From: Epiperipatus broadwayi | Lineage: Eukaryota; Animalia; Onychophora | DNA: 64,000 nucleotides | Assembly (NCBI GenBank): GCA_028023455.1 | Contig: JAQFVV010000009.1 | Span: forward strand, 2,046,001-2,110,000 | Direction: 5' to 3' | Part shown: one piece after another, positions 28,097 to 41,661 of the stretch | How positions within the stretch are numbered: position 1 is the first letter of the stretch | Layout of the letters: each line of letters begins with the position of its first letter | The notes under the pieces: generated by a model | What the model was told of the DNA's origin: nothing | The model's database searches: none | What the model saw: only the letters and a program-made list of their open reading frames with translations | Position numbers and translations under genes: made by a program

Positions 28097-30042
28097 TTAA
28101 TGTCAATTTATTGATCACATAATAGTTAATTTGTGTGGTATGTTAAAACAACATGTATGTGTGTGATATTTGTCTCAATTTAATTATTTTATTATTAAAT
28201 TCAGCAAGAGATATATTTGTATGAACATCAACTATTTATCTCTAATTTTGTGCTCTTCTATATGTAATTTAGCATAATTTCATGCAATACTTTCAAGTTA
28301 TGGTATCTGCTATTAAATATTTGGTAATTAAAATTCTGTGTTTATTAAAATTTTGCTCTTGATTTGCTTAACATATGCTACAAATGTGTGTGTCTCATTG
28401 ATTGATCATAGAATTTATTATCTCAAGTTCTTATGACTTTGCTAAAGTAGGTTATGGTAATGACAGAATAGGAGGTTTTAAAAAAAGTGAAATCAATTAT
28501 TTTAATAAATTGGAAATTGTTTCCTCCCTTTGTAGGATGAATCAGGATTTGTTCTGATAAACAATTTAAGTTGATCTCATTATATAAATGTTTTTGTAGT
28601 CAATTGAAGAAAGTAAAGTATCACTAAATGAGGATTGTGACAAAGTGACATCTTTGAGGATACTTTGGAAATTGAAATTTCTTGTATGTCCTTAAATTGC
28701 CTTTTGAATCTTCAGTAGTCAGTCTTACTAATTGAGCTTTATGATGGTAGCTCTTTCTGCTTCAGCATTTAGACTCTATTAACTTTCTTTTGTATACAGA
28801 GCTGTCCTCGAGGTAACAATGCATCAGATTAAACTGTTTTTCAATTTCTTATTTAACCTGGATCTCAGTCTTAATATTAACTAATGATTATCTTTTACTT
28901 TAATTGGATTGAGCACTCATTATTTTTCATCCTAATTACTAAATATTTTTAAATAATCACATTTTTTTCTTAATTAATTATCAAATTTTTCTGCCTTTAA
29001 ACATGAACACTGTATATATGTAATTACCTGTGTGTGTATATATATATGCAATCAACTGTAAATACAAAAAGAGAATACAATTAAGTGAGGATAAAAATAT
29101 AAATGAAGAGCATGCAAAGTGAACTCTGATTTGAATTCAACTGAATAACATTCTGAAAAATATTTATATTGGTATAATTATTATTTTCCCCCCTAATTTT
29201 AAGTTTATAGGCCACACTTACATGAATCCATATGTTATTTTCTTTTGTGATTTGGTTAACTATTCTACTGAATTGGAATTGGTAATGGAGATGAGAAATT
29301 TTGTTGTATCTATTTTGCTCCATGGAATATATGCAGTTGCATATACTGAAAATGATTTTAGTGAATTTATCTAAAACAATGTTTTAGGTGGGATAAGATT
29401 AAGAATGCTATTTGGATAGGAAGTATTTGTGAAGATTATTGTTTTCAAGTATTTAGGTAGTTAATTATGTAAAAATGAAAACAGAGATAAAGATATTGCA
29501 ATGAGAACTACATCAGCTAAATAAAATTTTAATTAGGGTAAGAGATTATTTTGTGTTTCATTAGAGATAAAATTAGAATATTAATAAATATTTTGTTTGG
29601 AATAGAACTTTAATTGAGCAAAAAATTGGATAAATATTTTGTTGGCAAAGAGAAAAAAATGTGTATTTTTGAAATATAAATTGGGAAGTGAAGATAAACA
29701 TTGGAAGGATTGGTAATATAAGAAGTTTTTACTAGTGCAAATGAAAATATTTTACTACCAGCTTCCAAGTTAATTAAATATTTTTGAAAAAAAAAAAAAA
29801 GTTGTTTACATATTCTTATATTTTGAATTCTTATTTTAATAAATTTAGAATTAAAGAATTCTTGTTTAAAACAAAGTCCAAATATTTAACATTATTTTAT
29901 CATATATTTATATTTGTTAAACTTAAAATTTTTATTATTGTTAATTATTTATTAATTTACAATCTTTTTTTAATTTAAAAACTGGGTTTATGTTATTTTT
30001 AAAAAAGAATTTATGTCATTATTTTTTCGAATTTCCTTGCAG

Positions 30043-30095
30043 GATATTATAATTGGTTTAAGAAGAACCACAGCTTCCTTATCCTTAATAGGAAG
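30043..30095 (+). CDS. Probable exon 2 of the same GPCR (start of TM1): DIIIGLRRTTASLSLIG(S/R)
   Basis: Good acceptor ttttttcgaatttccttgcag|, donor GGAAG|gtatat, 53 nt open in phase 0. ASLSLIGS resembles TM1 of GCR1/CrlA-like receptors (ASSLSFVGS-type). Confidence 0.6.
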
Positions 30096-32249
30096 GTATA
30101 TTTTTTTTTTTTCATTTTTATATATGTTTATTAACTTATTCTTGCCATATCAATGTTTTTAATGCTTTTTTTAATAAGCATATTGTATTTGTATGTAAGT
30201 GTATCTAGCTAGTTTTAACTAAAAGGTAAAACAAGGATGCAAAAATATTCAAACTCACTATTTAGTAACCTGATGAGAATTTCTTTTTCCTTCACCATTC
30301 CTCTAATGAGGAGTTATTATGAGAGACCTTTGCCCTACAACCAGTCATTGTTTTATATTTTTATTTATATATTTATTTTTTGTTGGATAAACAAATAGTT
30401 ACAGCATAAAATTGCTTTCTCAACTTATGTAACACCTCTTGTTTGGGTCAAGGACATATTTTTTAAATATGTAGTTGACTATGGACTATAACTAGTCACA
30501 TATATAGCTGTTTATAGCCAGTCATAATAACTGTCCTATTAAATGTGTAGTCATAGCTGGAGGATAAAAATACAAGTTTAATCTGGGAAGTTAGGTGAAT
30601 GAGAAGCAAAGCAAAAATGTGATTATGATATAATGTGGCTTTTACTACTGGTAAATAAATTGTACTTTTATGGATATTGAGCTCATGGTTTAATTTTTAG
30701 CAAATAAAAATCTTCATAAGATTTTATTTTTTTCCATACTCACTCCAATATCAATCTTTTTTACATATCTAATATTTAGTTCAGTTATGACTATTGGGAA
30801 TTACTGTAATAGAAATTAATTGATTATATAAAAATTGACTTGAAATGAATATGACATCAATGTAAATAATTTTTACATGTTGTTTACCATAAAAGTGATA
30901 AGATATATATGTACAAAAAAAAATAAATCTTTATATATATAATTATAAAAACAGAAAAAATATAATAATTTTCAGTATAGATATATTTGTAAATATGTAC
31001 TTGGATTTTAAAAAAAAACAAAAGTACATCATGACTGATAAGACAAATTCTGAAAGATATTAATCAGTTTTTATGCTAAATGGAAATCTGTTAATGATTT
31101 TTTTTTTTTCAAATGCAACCCCCTAATAAATGGAATTTAAATTTTAATTATATAATATTACTATATTTAGTTTCTAAATAGAATTAGATTTTAAATGCCA
31201 CACATTCATAACATACTTTCCTCATACAAATATTAAAATGAAATAGTAATGGTATTTGAGAAATTTTTTAATAGAATCATTTAAATACTTTTGTGTGAAA
31301 TTATATTTCTCATTTGTAATATGATATAGAAATGAGGATATATATTAAATTAAAATATGAAAAATAAAGCAAAAACTAATGGATGTTTTGAATTGAAGTA
31401 CATAATCACTAATGAAAAAAATTGAGAAATACAGTGGCAGTGATCAAGTGCAACTCTTCAATTACCAGACTTCATATAATATTGTACAGTTGAATATTTG
31501 ATAACTGTCATTGTTATATAATAAATGAAAAACAATAATTATACTGTACATTCAGAGAAAAGATTGAAAATATTAAATATAATCTTAATACATTGTGGTT
31601 GCCTTTGACAAAAGTACTCAGCTCAGAAAGTGCATCAAGGTTGTATTTAATATTTTCAATGTTTTCTCTGAATGCACAGTGTGAGTATTATCTTTAATTT
31701 ATTATATTCTACTATTACTGAATATATTGCCTACAACTATAGATTATTCATGTCTTTATTGTACTAATATTTATTGAAATCTTAATGATAATGAAGGATA
31801 GGATTTTTACAGATCCATTTTAACACCTTTCCAGAAAATGACTTTTTAAAAACAGAATCTAATATGAAAATTGTAGTGATATATAATAAATTAAATAAAG
31901 CATGCAATATCTAGAAGATTATTTACAAGAAAGTCATATTTTAAGCTACATGAATAAAAATCTTAATCTAATTCATTTTCTAAATGTTTGTTTTAATACC
32001 CTCTCCCCCCAATATTAAGTTTTATTTTCAGAATTCATAAACACTTTTTCAATATCGTTTTTAAATCTCTTCAATTATCTCCAAAGATTAGTGATCTCAC
32101 CAGTAATTTATTTAGCAGTGAATTTTCTATTCATCAATCTTAATCTCTTTAGCTTACATCAGTCCTGGTTATATATTGTAAACAAACTGCTCCCAGACAA
32201 GTGCTTTGTCTGATCTACTATTTTGTATTAATTTGTAGTATAATTTTTG

Positions 32250-33120
32250 GACAAATTTCATATTAATTTTGTTTTCTTATAATTAGTACTTCCCTCACCA
32301 ATTATTAACTTAGCCTACTTGAGCCTGTCATATGCTTTTTTTTGTATATATATTTTTATTATATCATTTTCTGATAATCAACATTTCAATTCTTGACTGA
32401 GGAAGACAAAAGGAACAGAGAAAATCTTAGTATTTTTTTTATTAATCAAATCTTACTCTGCTTAAAAAAATCCATCATGTATCTTTCATGTTTTTTTTGT
32501 ATTCTGAAGAAGTGTTATAGATATATTTTTCAGTTATAATTCTAAGAAAATTTATTCTTAAATATATACATTTTGATGGGAATGACAGATAAAGTGGATT
32601 GAATCATGACATACTTGGGTCACCATTTATGTAGTGGGAAACTCAGATAAAATGGATTTAATTGTCCATAGTTGGGATGCCATTTGGGAAACACTTTTAA
32701 CTCTGTTTATTAATGTGCCATACATATTAAAGGAACTACCAAGATTAATTAAATCTCATTTATTATTGATATTTTCCAAAATGCCACATTTTGGATTGAT
32801 GATGATCATGCAAATGTCTATCCTTGTTATTGCTTCTCATATACACTCATTATAAACACAAGCTATATTTTCTGATTATCATCATTTTCTGACAACTACT
32901 TTTCTGATGGTTGGCCTTAAGATTGCTCAACATTGGTAGTTTAATTTAGAGGACCATGATAATAATAATGACTTCAGGATGTTATCTTCAATATTAGAAG
33001 AGCTAATAATAAACATCCCAAAACAAGACAGACTTCAACTCTACTATTCCAGTTAACATTCCAGCAAGACTCATCTACTGTCCAAATAATGCTGATAATA
33101 TATTTGAATATTAAACTAAT
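32250..33120 (-). mobile_element. Decayed LINE AP-endonuclease region
   Basis: Broken similarity to YAPT / GD.N / TW...IDY / DH endonuclease motifs; heavily mutated. Confidence 0.4.
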
Positions 33121-33344
33121 TTATGGAATGAGACAGAGAATCAGAATAGCAAACAACTAAATCTTTATATTACCTTAATAATAATAATTATTTAACAACT
33201 AGTGAAAAATGAAAGAAAGTAATAATAATAAAAATGTAAATTACACATACATGGATTAGCATTTCTTCCCATGAAATGTGTTCACATAAAAAAATAATGT
33301 AAACAAACAGATATGAATGGGCAAAAAAGAAAATTTCAACTAAC

Positions 33345-33580
33345 AATTGGTAATTATATAATACAACTGAGATAAATTTTTATATTGATATACAATAAAT
33401 AATTATAAGAACAAATACCAGTTACAGTTGTATAATTCAGCTGAGATACATTTTTATACTGATATAAAATAAATAGTTATAAGAACAACTATTGTTATAA
33501 TTGTATAATTGAACTGAAATATATTTTCATACTAATATAATTATTAAGAAAAAATATTAGTTACAATTATATAATTCTCT
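33345..33580. repeat. AT-rich minisatellite, ~3.5 copies of ~65 bp
   Basis: Recurrent TATAATTCAACTGAGATA...TTATAAGAACAA. Confidence 0.75.
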
Positions 33581-33656
33581 TATATACATATTTTACCACA
33601 GATTTTGTGGTACTTTATAAGCTTATTGATATTTATTGAGTCCACATGACAACTTT

Positions 33657-33764
33657 TTTTTTTTTAAGTGTCATAGCATCGGCCGGGATGCGAACCCACA
33701 ACCCGAGCATGTGCCTGCAAGTGCAAGGCAGTCGTGCTGACCTCTCAACCACCAATGCAAGACG
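33657..33764 (-). mobile_element. Young tRNA-Gly(TCC)-derived retrocopy / minimal SINE with poly(A) and 13-bp TSD
   Basis: - strand GCATTGGTGGTTGAGAGGTCAGCACGACTGCCTTGCA...GGGTTCGCATCCCGGCCGATGC (33758-33676): acceptor stem GCATTGG/CCGATGC, A- and B-box-like motifs, A-tail. TSD ACATGACAACTTT at 33644-33656 / 33765-33777. Confidence 0.8.
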
Positions 33765-35387
33765 ACATGACAACTTTGACTTCAGAATCTTTGAATACAA
33801 GTAGAGTTCATGATTGTTTCAATTTTTATTTAGAATGTAGAGTGTTCGTCTTCTTTTTTAAAAATATGTAGTATCATTTCCCTTGCAATATCCCAGAAAA
33901 ACAGTAGATTATAAAATCAGAGCCTAGCACATGTATTTGGTAGAGGAAAGGCCTTCATTTTGTTTTTTAGAGTCACATGGAGATAATTAGATAGCCACTT
34001 CAAATGTTTTAGCAAGAAACAAACAATATCATGAAGGAATTAATATTGAGCATGATCAAATTATCACTTCAATATTAAACAGCCTTTTTTTTTTTGAAGC
34101 TTTAGTATTGAGCACATTTCTTTTCTTCTTAGCTAGTTGAATACTCAACTTATTCTGCCTACCAGTACTATTTCTTTGAAATAAATTATTCATCACCTGA
34201 TGTATAGATTTTCTGGCACCTTGATTTATATTACAATTCAAAATTAAAATTATTACATTTTATGAATCAAAAATGATAAGCTTTTAATTAAATAATATTT
34301 TTTTAATTAAAAATATTTTATTTTTTTAATTATTGCACACAAAAAATTTACAAATGTATTCATATTGAGCCAACACAAAAAAAAAATTATAAAAATTCAA
34401 AGCAACTTAATTTTGAAATAATATATCTCTCTAGTGTTTAATGTCTCATTAAAGATATATATATCATTAAGTACATCTTTTCATTCTCTTTAAAACAAAG
34501 TAAGATTGATCTTTGTAATTCTTACCATTCATCTGGAATTTAAACCCAGCCTCATTAAGGAAACAAGTCCAAAACTGATCTTAATAATACATTGAAATGA
34601 GATATTAAACTAACCTAGGGGTAATATGAAATGATTCTTAAATAATGGTGCAACCATTTTAAGCCTTTTTAATACAAGCTAACCATCAAACGTAAAAGAC
34701 CCTTAGAAAACTTTTGCTTTTGTTTGTGTTTGTGATTGTTCACTATTATAGTATAAATCAAGGGAATGACTGCCCATTGATGCATATAGTTTATCAATTT
34801 TAATCTCTGGCTTTAGTTCATGATCTATTCAAAAACATTTCACATCTAAACCCAGACTTAAACATATAGTATACTCGTTTAAAAATCATGATGATGATTC
34901 TATATATAAAAATAATGACAAAGAAAAATGTCTTGAGCCGAGGTAACACCATTTTAACATGTTTTTGTTACAACACATGAAGCAGGATATTCCTGCAATT
35001 GCAAAAAAAAAAAAAAAAGAACCTTGAGCTAAATTTTCACAAGATTTGACTGTTGAATTGAATGTTAGTGACTTGAAGGAATGAACCTATGGTATTTGAC
35101 AAACTAATGAAGGATTTCATAAAACAGCAAAAAAAAATCCTCTTTCATTACATATAATGATGGTAGTAAAGTTATTAATAGTAGAATAATAACATTGAAG
35201 AACTATTAGATGAAAGGTGATAGTTTATGGAATTTCTAAAATAGAAATCTGAATGTGACATTTGTTGTATCAGATAATATTTTCTAATGGAATAAAAATG
35301 GAGCTTTTATAAATCAATGATTGAATTGCTAACTTGTTTATAAATATAATTTCTGATTCATTTATTTGGTTTTATATATATATATAT

Positions 35388-36565
35388 GTTATCTAATAAG
35401 CTTGCCAATAGTTCTTAACAAGCTTTTCAGAATATTTCCAATTGCAGATCGGTTTCTGGCTTCCTTATTGAGGTGTTAGGATATTTAAGCATTAGATTTA
35501 AAATACCAGATCAAGACTAGAATTTTATCTAATGGTTAATTATTAAGTAGAAAATCTGAAATTTTCAGACATCCATATGTCTTCAAATCCAGCTAGCTAA
35601 CTTAAATAGCTATATCAGACTGAACTAAATTTAGATACAACATATTTTAATATCTTTAGCAATATAAACTCACCAAAGCCTTAATAGCAAAAAATATAAT
35701 TGCAAAGAAATCAAGTCATATATCACATGACCTAATTTAACAAGCTTGTATTACAAATGTTATCTAATTAGCTTGCCAATAGCTCTTAATAAGCTTTTCA
35801 GAATATCCCCAACCGCAGACTGTTTTTTGCTATTAAGACTTTGGTGATTTTATATTGCTAAAGCTATTAACATATGGTGTATTTGAACTTAGTTCAGTCT
35901 CATATGGCTATTTAAGTTAAATAGCTGGATTTGAAGACATGATGTCTGAAAATTTCAGATTTTCTACTTAATAGTTAACTATTAGATAAAGTGCTAGGCT
36001 TGACCGGATATTTTAAATCTAATGCTTGAATATCCTACCACCCACTGAGGAATCCAGATACAGAAACCGGTCTGGTGTTAGGGATATTCTGAAAAGCCTA
36101 TTAAGAGCTATTGGTAAGCTCATTAAATAACATTTGTAATACAAGCTTGCTAAATTAGGTCATGTGATATATGATTTGATTTCTGTGCAATTATATTTTT
36201 TGCTATTAAGACTTTGGTAATTTTATATTGCTAAAGCTATTAACATATGGTGTATCTGAATTTAGTTCAGTCTCATATGGCTATTTACATTAGATAGCTG
36301 GATTTGAAGGCATATAGATGTCTGAAAATTTCAGATTTTCTATGTAATAGTTAACCATTAGATAAAGTGCTGGGCTTGGCCTGGTATTTTAAATCTAATG
36401 CTTAATATCCTAGTACCTCACTGAGGAAGCCAGAAGCAGAAACTGCTCTGGGGTTGGTGATATTCTGAAAAGCTTGTTAAGAGCTATTGGCAAGCTCATT
36501 AGATAACATTTGTAATATAAGCTTGTTAAATTAGGTCATGTGATATATGACTTGATTTCTTTGCA
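35388..36565 (+). mobile_element. Family B hammerhead-bearing ~372-bp tandem multimer (retrozyme-like) with 5' inversion, inserted in (TA)n
   Basis: ~1.15 units inverted (35388-35820), then 2 direct units (35823-36565). HHRs at 35441-35474 (-, degenerate), 36038-36078 (+) and 36415-36454 (+). Each unit carries GGTCATGTGATATATGA. (TA)n on both flanks. Confidence 0.88.
36038..36078 (+). ncRNA. Minimal type I hammerhead ribozyme (family B)
   Basis: CCACCCA CTGAGGA ATCCAGATACA GAAA CCG GTC TGGTGT: intact core, palindrome ACCGGU, GUC. Stem II weak in this copy (GC-CAGAA-GC in the next unit). Confidence 0.75.
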
Positions 36566-37399
36566 TATATATATATATATATATATATCACATGCTAATA
36601 GCCAAGCTTATCAATGCCAAGAGTTTTCAATCTGTTATCAAGGTAACCTATATATATATTTAATAGATTGATTTTAATAATTCTGTAAATAAACAATGGG
36701 TAATCGATATGCCATGCTAAAAATATATAATATTTTATAAAATAATAATCTCTCAGTGTGGACACAATAAAAAAAAATTTGCAAATTAGACTTTCTAGAA
36801 CTATTTTAATAATGTTGCTAATAATTCTCTCTCTCATAAATGCTTATTCACCTTTCAGACAAAAAATAGTTCATTTTCATCTAAATCTCATGTTATATGG
36901 ATGAAAGGGGTGAAACATTATATATTTATAAAGTCTTGACAACATCTGTTCATAACATCAGATAATATTTTATATCTAAATTCTAATAATTTTAATAACA
37001 CCATTAATAAATAACTATTCTCAGAACTATTCACATTATTAGAATTTATTAGCTGAAACTGTGAACTGGTTTGATTAAGATTTTATGAAAATTGCTGCTA
37101 ATATAATATATTCAAATATCAATAATTGATTTACTATTCATATAATAACTTGGAATTTATATAAAAGTGGTTATTTTTTATTAGAATGATGAATTAGCAA
37201 TGATACAAAAGAGGGCATTATTTTCAAGTTTAATAAAATGATTTGAAAGTCTGATTTATAAATTATCTTTATGGTATGCACATTGGTAGTTTTTTTTCAA
37301 AAAATGTTATATATATATATCAATTTACTTATCTTGCCTAGTTATGAAAAAAACATTCTCATTCACAAATTGCTATTGAAGTATAGGAATATATCTTTA

Positions 37400-38530
37400 A
37401 TTCATTTTTTGACAAAAAAAGAGAGACTGAATTACTATCATATTTTATGTTGTCAACTTCTTAATGCTTTCTATTTAAAATTTTTCTTTTTCTTTTACTC
37501 TTTAGTAATCTTCTAAAGATTTTCCCCATATATCTTGATTATTGGCCAAATTTCAGTTTTAATAATTAATTATTTTCATCTGTATTTCTTACTTTATAAA
37601 ATTACCTGGTTTACGTTTTTACAATTAGATTAATTATACCTTTTTCTAATTTATTGCATTTTTTAACAAATATTTTTATTTGGTCTTCTTAGTTTTTTTT
37701 TTTTTTAAAATCACTAAACAATTTTTTTTGGTTAAATTAGCATTTCTCTGTTTTTAATCTTCTCTTCATTATTTTTATTTATTTTTCTAATATTCTATTA
37801 TTTCTTTTATCATTTTATAGATTATTGCTTTTACACCAGTTTAATTAATTGACTTTTAATATTTATCATATTTTATTGAGTATTCATTTGACTGTTTATT
37901 TTTACAGTATATTGATCAATTTCTTCTCAACCGGTTCTTCAATAATTTTTCATTTTTTGTTGTCTCATTTTTTTTTAATCAATTCTATATTTGCATCTAA
38001 TGATTTTTGCATTTTTTTAATACTATTTTTAAACTGATTTTAATATAATCTAGAGCTTACTTTATATAAATATATATTATTTTGTTATTACTAAACTGTA
38101 TTTCTTCAGATGTAATCATCCCATATGAAACTAGTTGTTTATCACTCTGCTCATTTCTTCCTTTTTCCTAAATAATTTTTTTTCCTATATTTAACTTATA
38201 ATTATATTCTTGCCTTTCATTGATACTTTTATTTTTTTACCAACCAATTTTTTACTTTGATCTTACAATGTTTAAACTTTTTTCATTTCATCACTTAGGG
38301 GTCTGTCTTTAATCTAATTGCAATCACAATTTAATATGTTTAATATTTTTGTCTAATGCTATCAAAGAACAATTTTATCTCCCGAGTTACCAAAATGTAT
38401 TATTTTAAATACACCATTAGTTATTTATCCTTCAATTTCAATTAAACCACTATATTTGTTGATTTCCATTTCTATTACTAATATCTTTATTTTTTTTTGG
38501 ATGTATTGATTATCTATTCGTATTTTATTA
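37400..38530 (-). mobile_element. Highly decayed RTE-like LINE fragment
   Basis: MITSEEIQF...K.ALDYI (IT.EEI..A..K.KAPG.D linker) and a 3' KRRLKT.../W..IK..G-like region. Confidence 0.4.
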
Positions 38531-38709
38531 TCTATTAGAAAATTTGCTTTATTTTATTGTACATTTGATTCAAGATAATTTTTTTTTTTTGTTTTAAAAT
38601 CTCAAATATTTTATAATAGAAATTATAAATGTAGAAATTTTTATCCGCTTTTTTTTCCAAAGATGTATAGCTAAGAATCATTTCCCAGTTGACTTGTGTG
38701 GTTTGATAT

Positions 38710-38785
38710 AGTAATAGTGTGGTGGATTCTGGAGCCCAAGATTCATAGATCATGATCCCAGTTCTGTTAATTATGGTGCTTGAAC
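38710..38785 (+). repeat. Old ~80-bp tRNA-like SINE; related copies at 17008-17080 (-), 40871-40945 (-), 43850-43900 (+)
   Basis: Shared core GACTYTGGAGCYCAAGATCC...TCCCAGYTCTG...TGGTGCTTGA. B-box-like GGATCGATTCC in the 43860 copy. Confidence 0.55.
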
Positions 38786-41661
38786 TTCTTCTGAACTCTG
38801 GAACAACAAACCACCCAGGAGAACCAGATAGAAATAGATACTTATGTATGCCATTTATTCTACGACTTTATGTGTAATCATATTTTATATAAGTCATGTT
38901 TTCTTTTCAAGTCAATGTTTACTTTAAGTTATGATGCATAATATGAAAATATTTATTGATAAATGAAAATAAGCTTGCAATATAATCATAATAAATATTC
39001 ATAAAGCATAAGAAACACAAGAATTGAGAATAGTATTTATTTGTATGCATTTTAAAAATGTTTTGCGTTTTATACGTATTAGATATTGTTTACATAAGTT
39101 AAAATCTACCTATATACACTTAGAGATTTAATTTAGGGAGTATTATATTATTATCAATGCTTTGATTAATTACTTCATATTGTATTTAGGAGAGACTTTA
39201 CAAATGTTGACAATAATGTCAGTGTGTCTCATTTATCTGTAATCAGTGCCTAATATTGTCAAAATGACTTCAACAATATTTTCCACTATTATTTTTGTGA
39301 TCTGCATAAACAACTTGATATTTGATCTTTTGATTCAACTGGCATCATCTTTCATCAAAACATTAATGTTTTATTAACATGTAATTATTATTTGTTTTAG
39401 AAACATTGATAATATTAAAAAAAATCTCCCTGAATAAGCTAGAATAAAACAGCAAATATCAAATGATAGTCTCTTATTGCATATAATGTGCTATTAGAAA
39501 CAATTCTCTTCACTTAAATTTTAGTTGAGAAAAGAACCTTAGATTGAGTTGTTTTTTGAGTAGCAGTTTCAAGGAGGTAAAAGAAAATAATATTAAAATT
39601 GGTAAACTAGAAGTAAGTCGTATAAAGTAAGAATGAAAATGATATAGAAATTATTGGGGGTTGGGATAGTGGAAATAAATTAATGTAGTAGATTGGTAAC
39701 TAATTTAAAAATGGAGAAAACATTTTAAGATATTTATTTAGTTTAAGATAATATAGGTAAAGGAATTTTTGTAATACCGATACAATAGTTACAAAGTTGC
39801 ATGATTTCTTTATGCCTTAAAGCTTACTAATGTATTATTTTTAGTCTTAATCATAAATATGTACCTTTTGTCTCATAGTGTGATAAAAGAAATTACTGTT
39901 AGTATTATGCTTGGTAAAGCTAATTTTATGGAAGAATGTCTTAGTTGGGTGTTTCTATGGCCAAATTTATATATGTAAAATGATAGTAAAAAAATGTACT
40001 ACTAAAACCATGAATGGAAAAAAAAAAATCCATAACAAGGAAAAGCACAGCCAATAATATATATGTTATTTAGATTCATCAACCAATATTTTTGAAATGA
40101 AAGAGGTAGATGTAATAAAAATTTTAGATGGTAAAACAAGCATAAAATCAAATTTACTTTTTAGCAATCTAATTAAAATTCAAGATGATATAAATCAGAT
40201 TTCAAACATAAATTTTTAATGAATATATTTTTCAGTTCATCATTAACATAGACAATCTCTTGATGAAAAACCTTTTTTTTTTTTTACTCTTAAGTTTTAG
40301 CCAATAATTATTCTATAGTGAAGAAGTAAAGAACCCATGTAATGAAGTATTCAGGAATGATTAAAGTGACTGAACTAATAATATTTTTCAGAAACAGTGG
40401 CAGATTTATGTATTTGTATTGTTTATCTTTTTTTAAGAAGAGATAGAAAAAGTTATCTTAGGTATTATCATTCAGTTAAAGAAATAAGAATAGATATTGT
40501 TAGTTATTTAATTTTAGTAGAATAACCCTAGGATCTAGAAATCAGCCCATATTGGTTCTAAAGGATTACCTATTTAATTGCCTTAATGTAACTCACTTGA
40601 ATTATTTAAGATTGTAGTATCAGAAGAAAAGGAAAGCTAAAACTACATTATTAACACAATATCATTACTTAGTCATATGTGTGTGGGGGGGGGTAAAATT
40701 TTATGCTGTAAGGTACTTTATTCTATGCTGGAAGGGAAATTATAAAAATCTCATTCATTGATAGTCATATATATGTAATATAAATAGAAATCTCATTGAA
40801 CTGTAAAACAATTTTTTTAATAATAAATAAACAATTGAATGGCTTTATTGTTGGGGAGTCCATAAGAAGGTCAAGCACCAGAAGTATCAGAACTGGAATT
40901 GATCTGAGGATCTTAAACTCCAGACTCTGACCCTCTAAACCTCATAGCGCAATCTTTTTAATAAGCAGAATAAAAAATACCAGTATTTCATTCAAATCTG
41001 TTATCACTTTATTTAAAATAGAATATATATTTTATTTAATTACATTAAATTATATAAATATTATTAATGTATTGGATGCATTTTGTAAAATAATATTTTT
41101 GGATTATTATTTGATATATGAAACTAGATTATTTGAAATCAGCATATATACATCCACAGATAGAAATCAATAAAAATTTATAACATACTAAAACATCACG
41201 TGATCGCTGTATGAAGAATTTGCTACTGTTTAATTTATAATGTACAGATGCATTTATTTTTTACAATTAGATGTGATTATTTTATTTGTTATGCTATGTA
41301 TGTAAATGATTTCACATATCTGCTTTAGACAAATAAAGAAAAAGAAACAATATTTAAATTGTTTTAAAGTAAAATGAGAATACATTAAAAAGAGAAAGAT
41401 TTAAAAATTAAAAGTAATTTTAAAAGTCTTGCTAAAATTAAAATTGTTTGTGTATTTCTAAATTATCAATTGTTGCTTATATATATTAATTTGATTTTAT
41501 ATATTAAAATTATTGTTAATTATTATTTATTTTCATGTGTATCAAATTATTATTGATAATTGTTTCTTAATTCTTATTGAATATTGCATTTAATTGCCTT
41601 AGTTGGGTTATGTGACTATGATATATATGCAGTGAATATATGATTGATCATTTTTATTATT

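Noticed and set aside
32032-32210. + strand frame containing FNYLQRLVI, like GPCR ICL1
   Set aside because: Wrong phase, runs to a stop without a donor, and lies next to the antisense LINE relic.
35388-36565. CRISPR array or simple satellite interpretation
   Set aside because: Eukaryotic context, no unique spacers or cas genes; the unit contains a ribozyme motif and is shared with dispersed families.
39200-39400. VYADH...LQINET on the - strand, possible LINE RT scrap (similar scraps ~27100-27260 and ~34500-34650)
   Set aside because: Too short and degenerate to support as features.
40392-40460. Open + strand exon candidate (TVADLCICIVYLFLRRDRKSYL)
   Set aside because: Needs a phase-1 start whereas exon 2 ends in phase 2, and it lacks the expected TM1-ICL1 motif. 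Cannot be excluded without RNA data.
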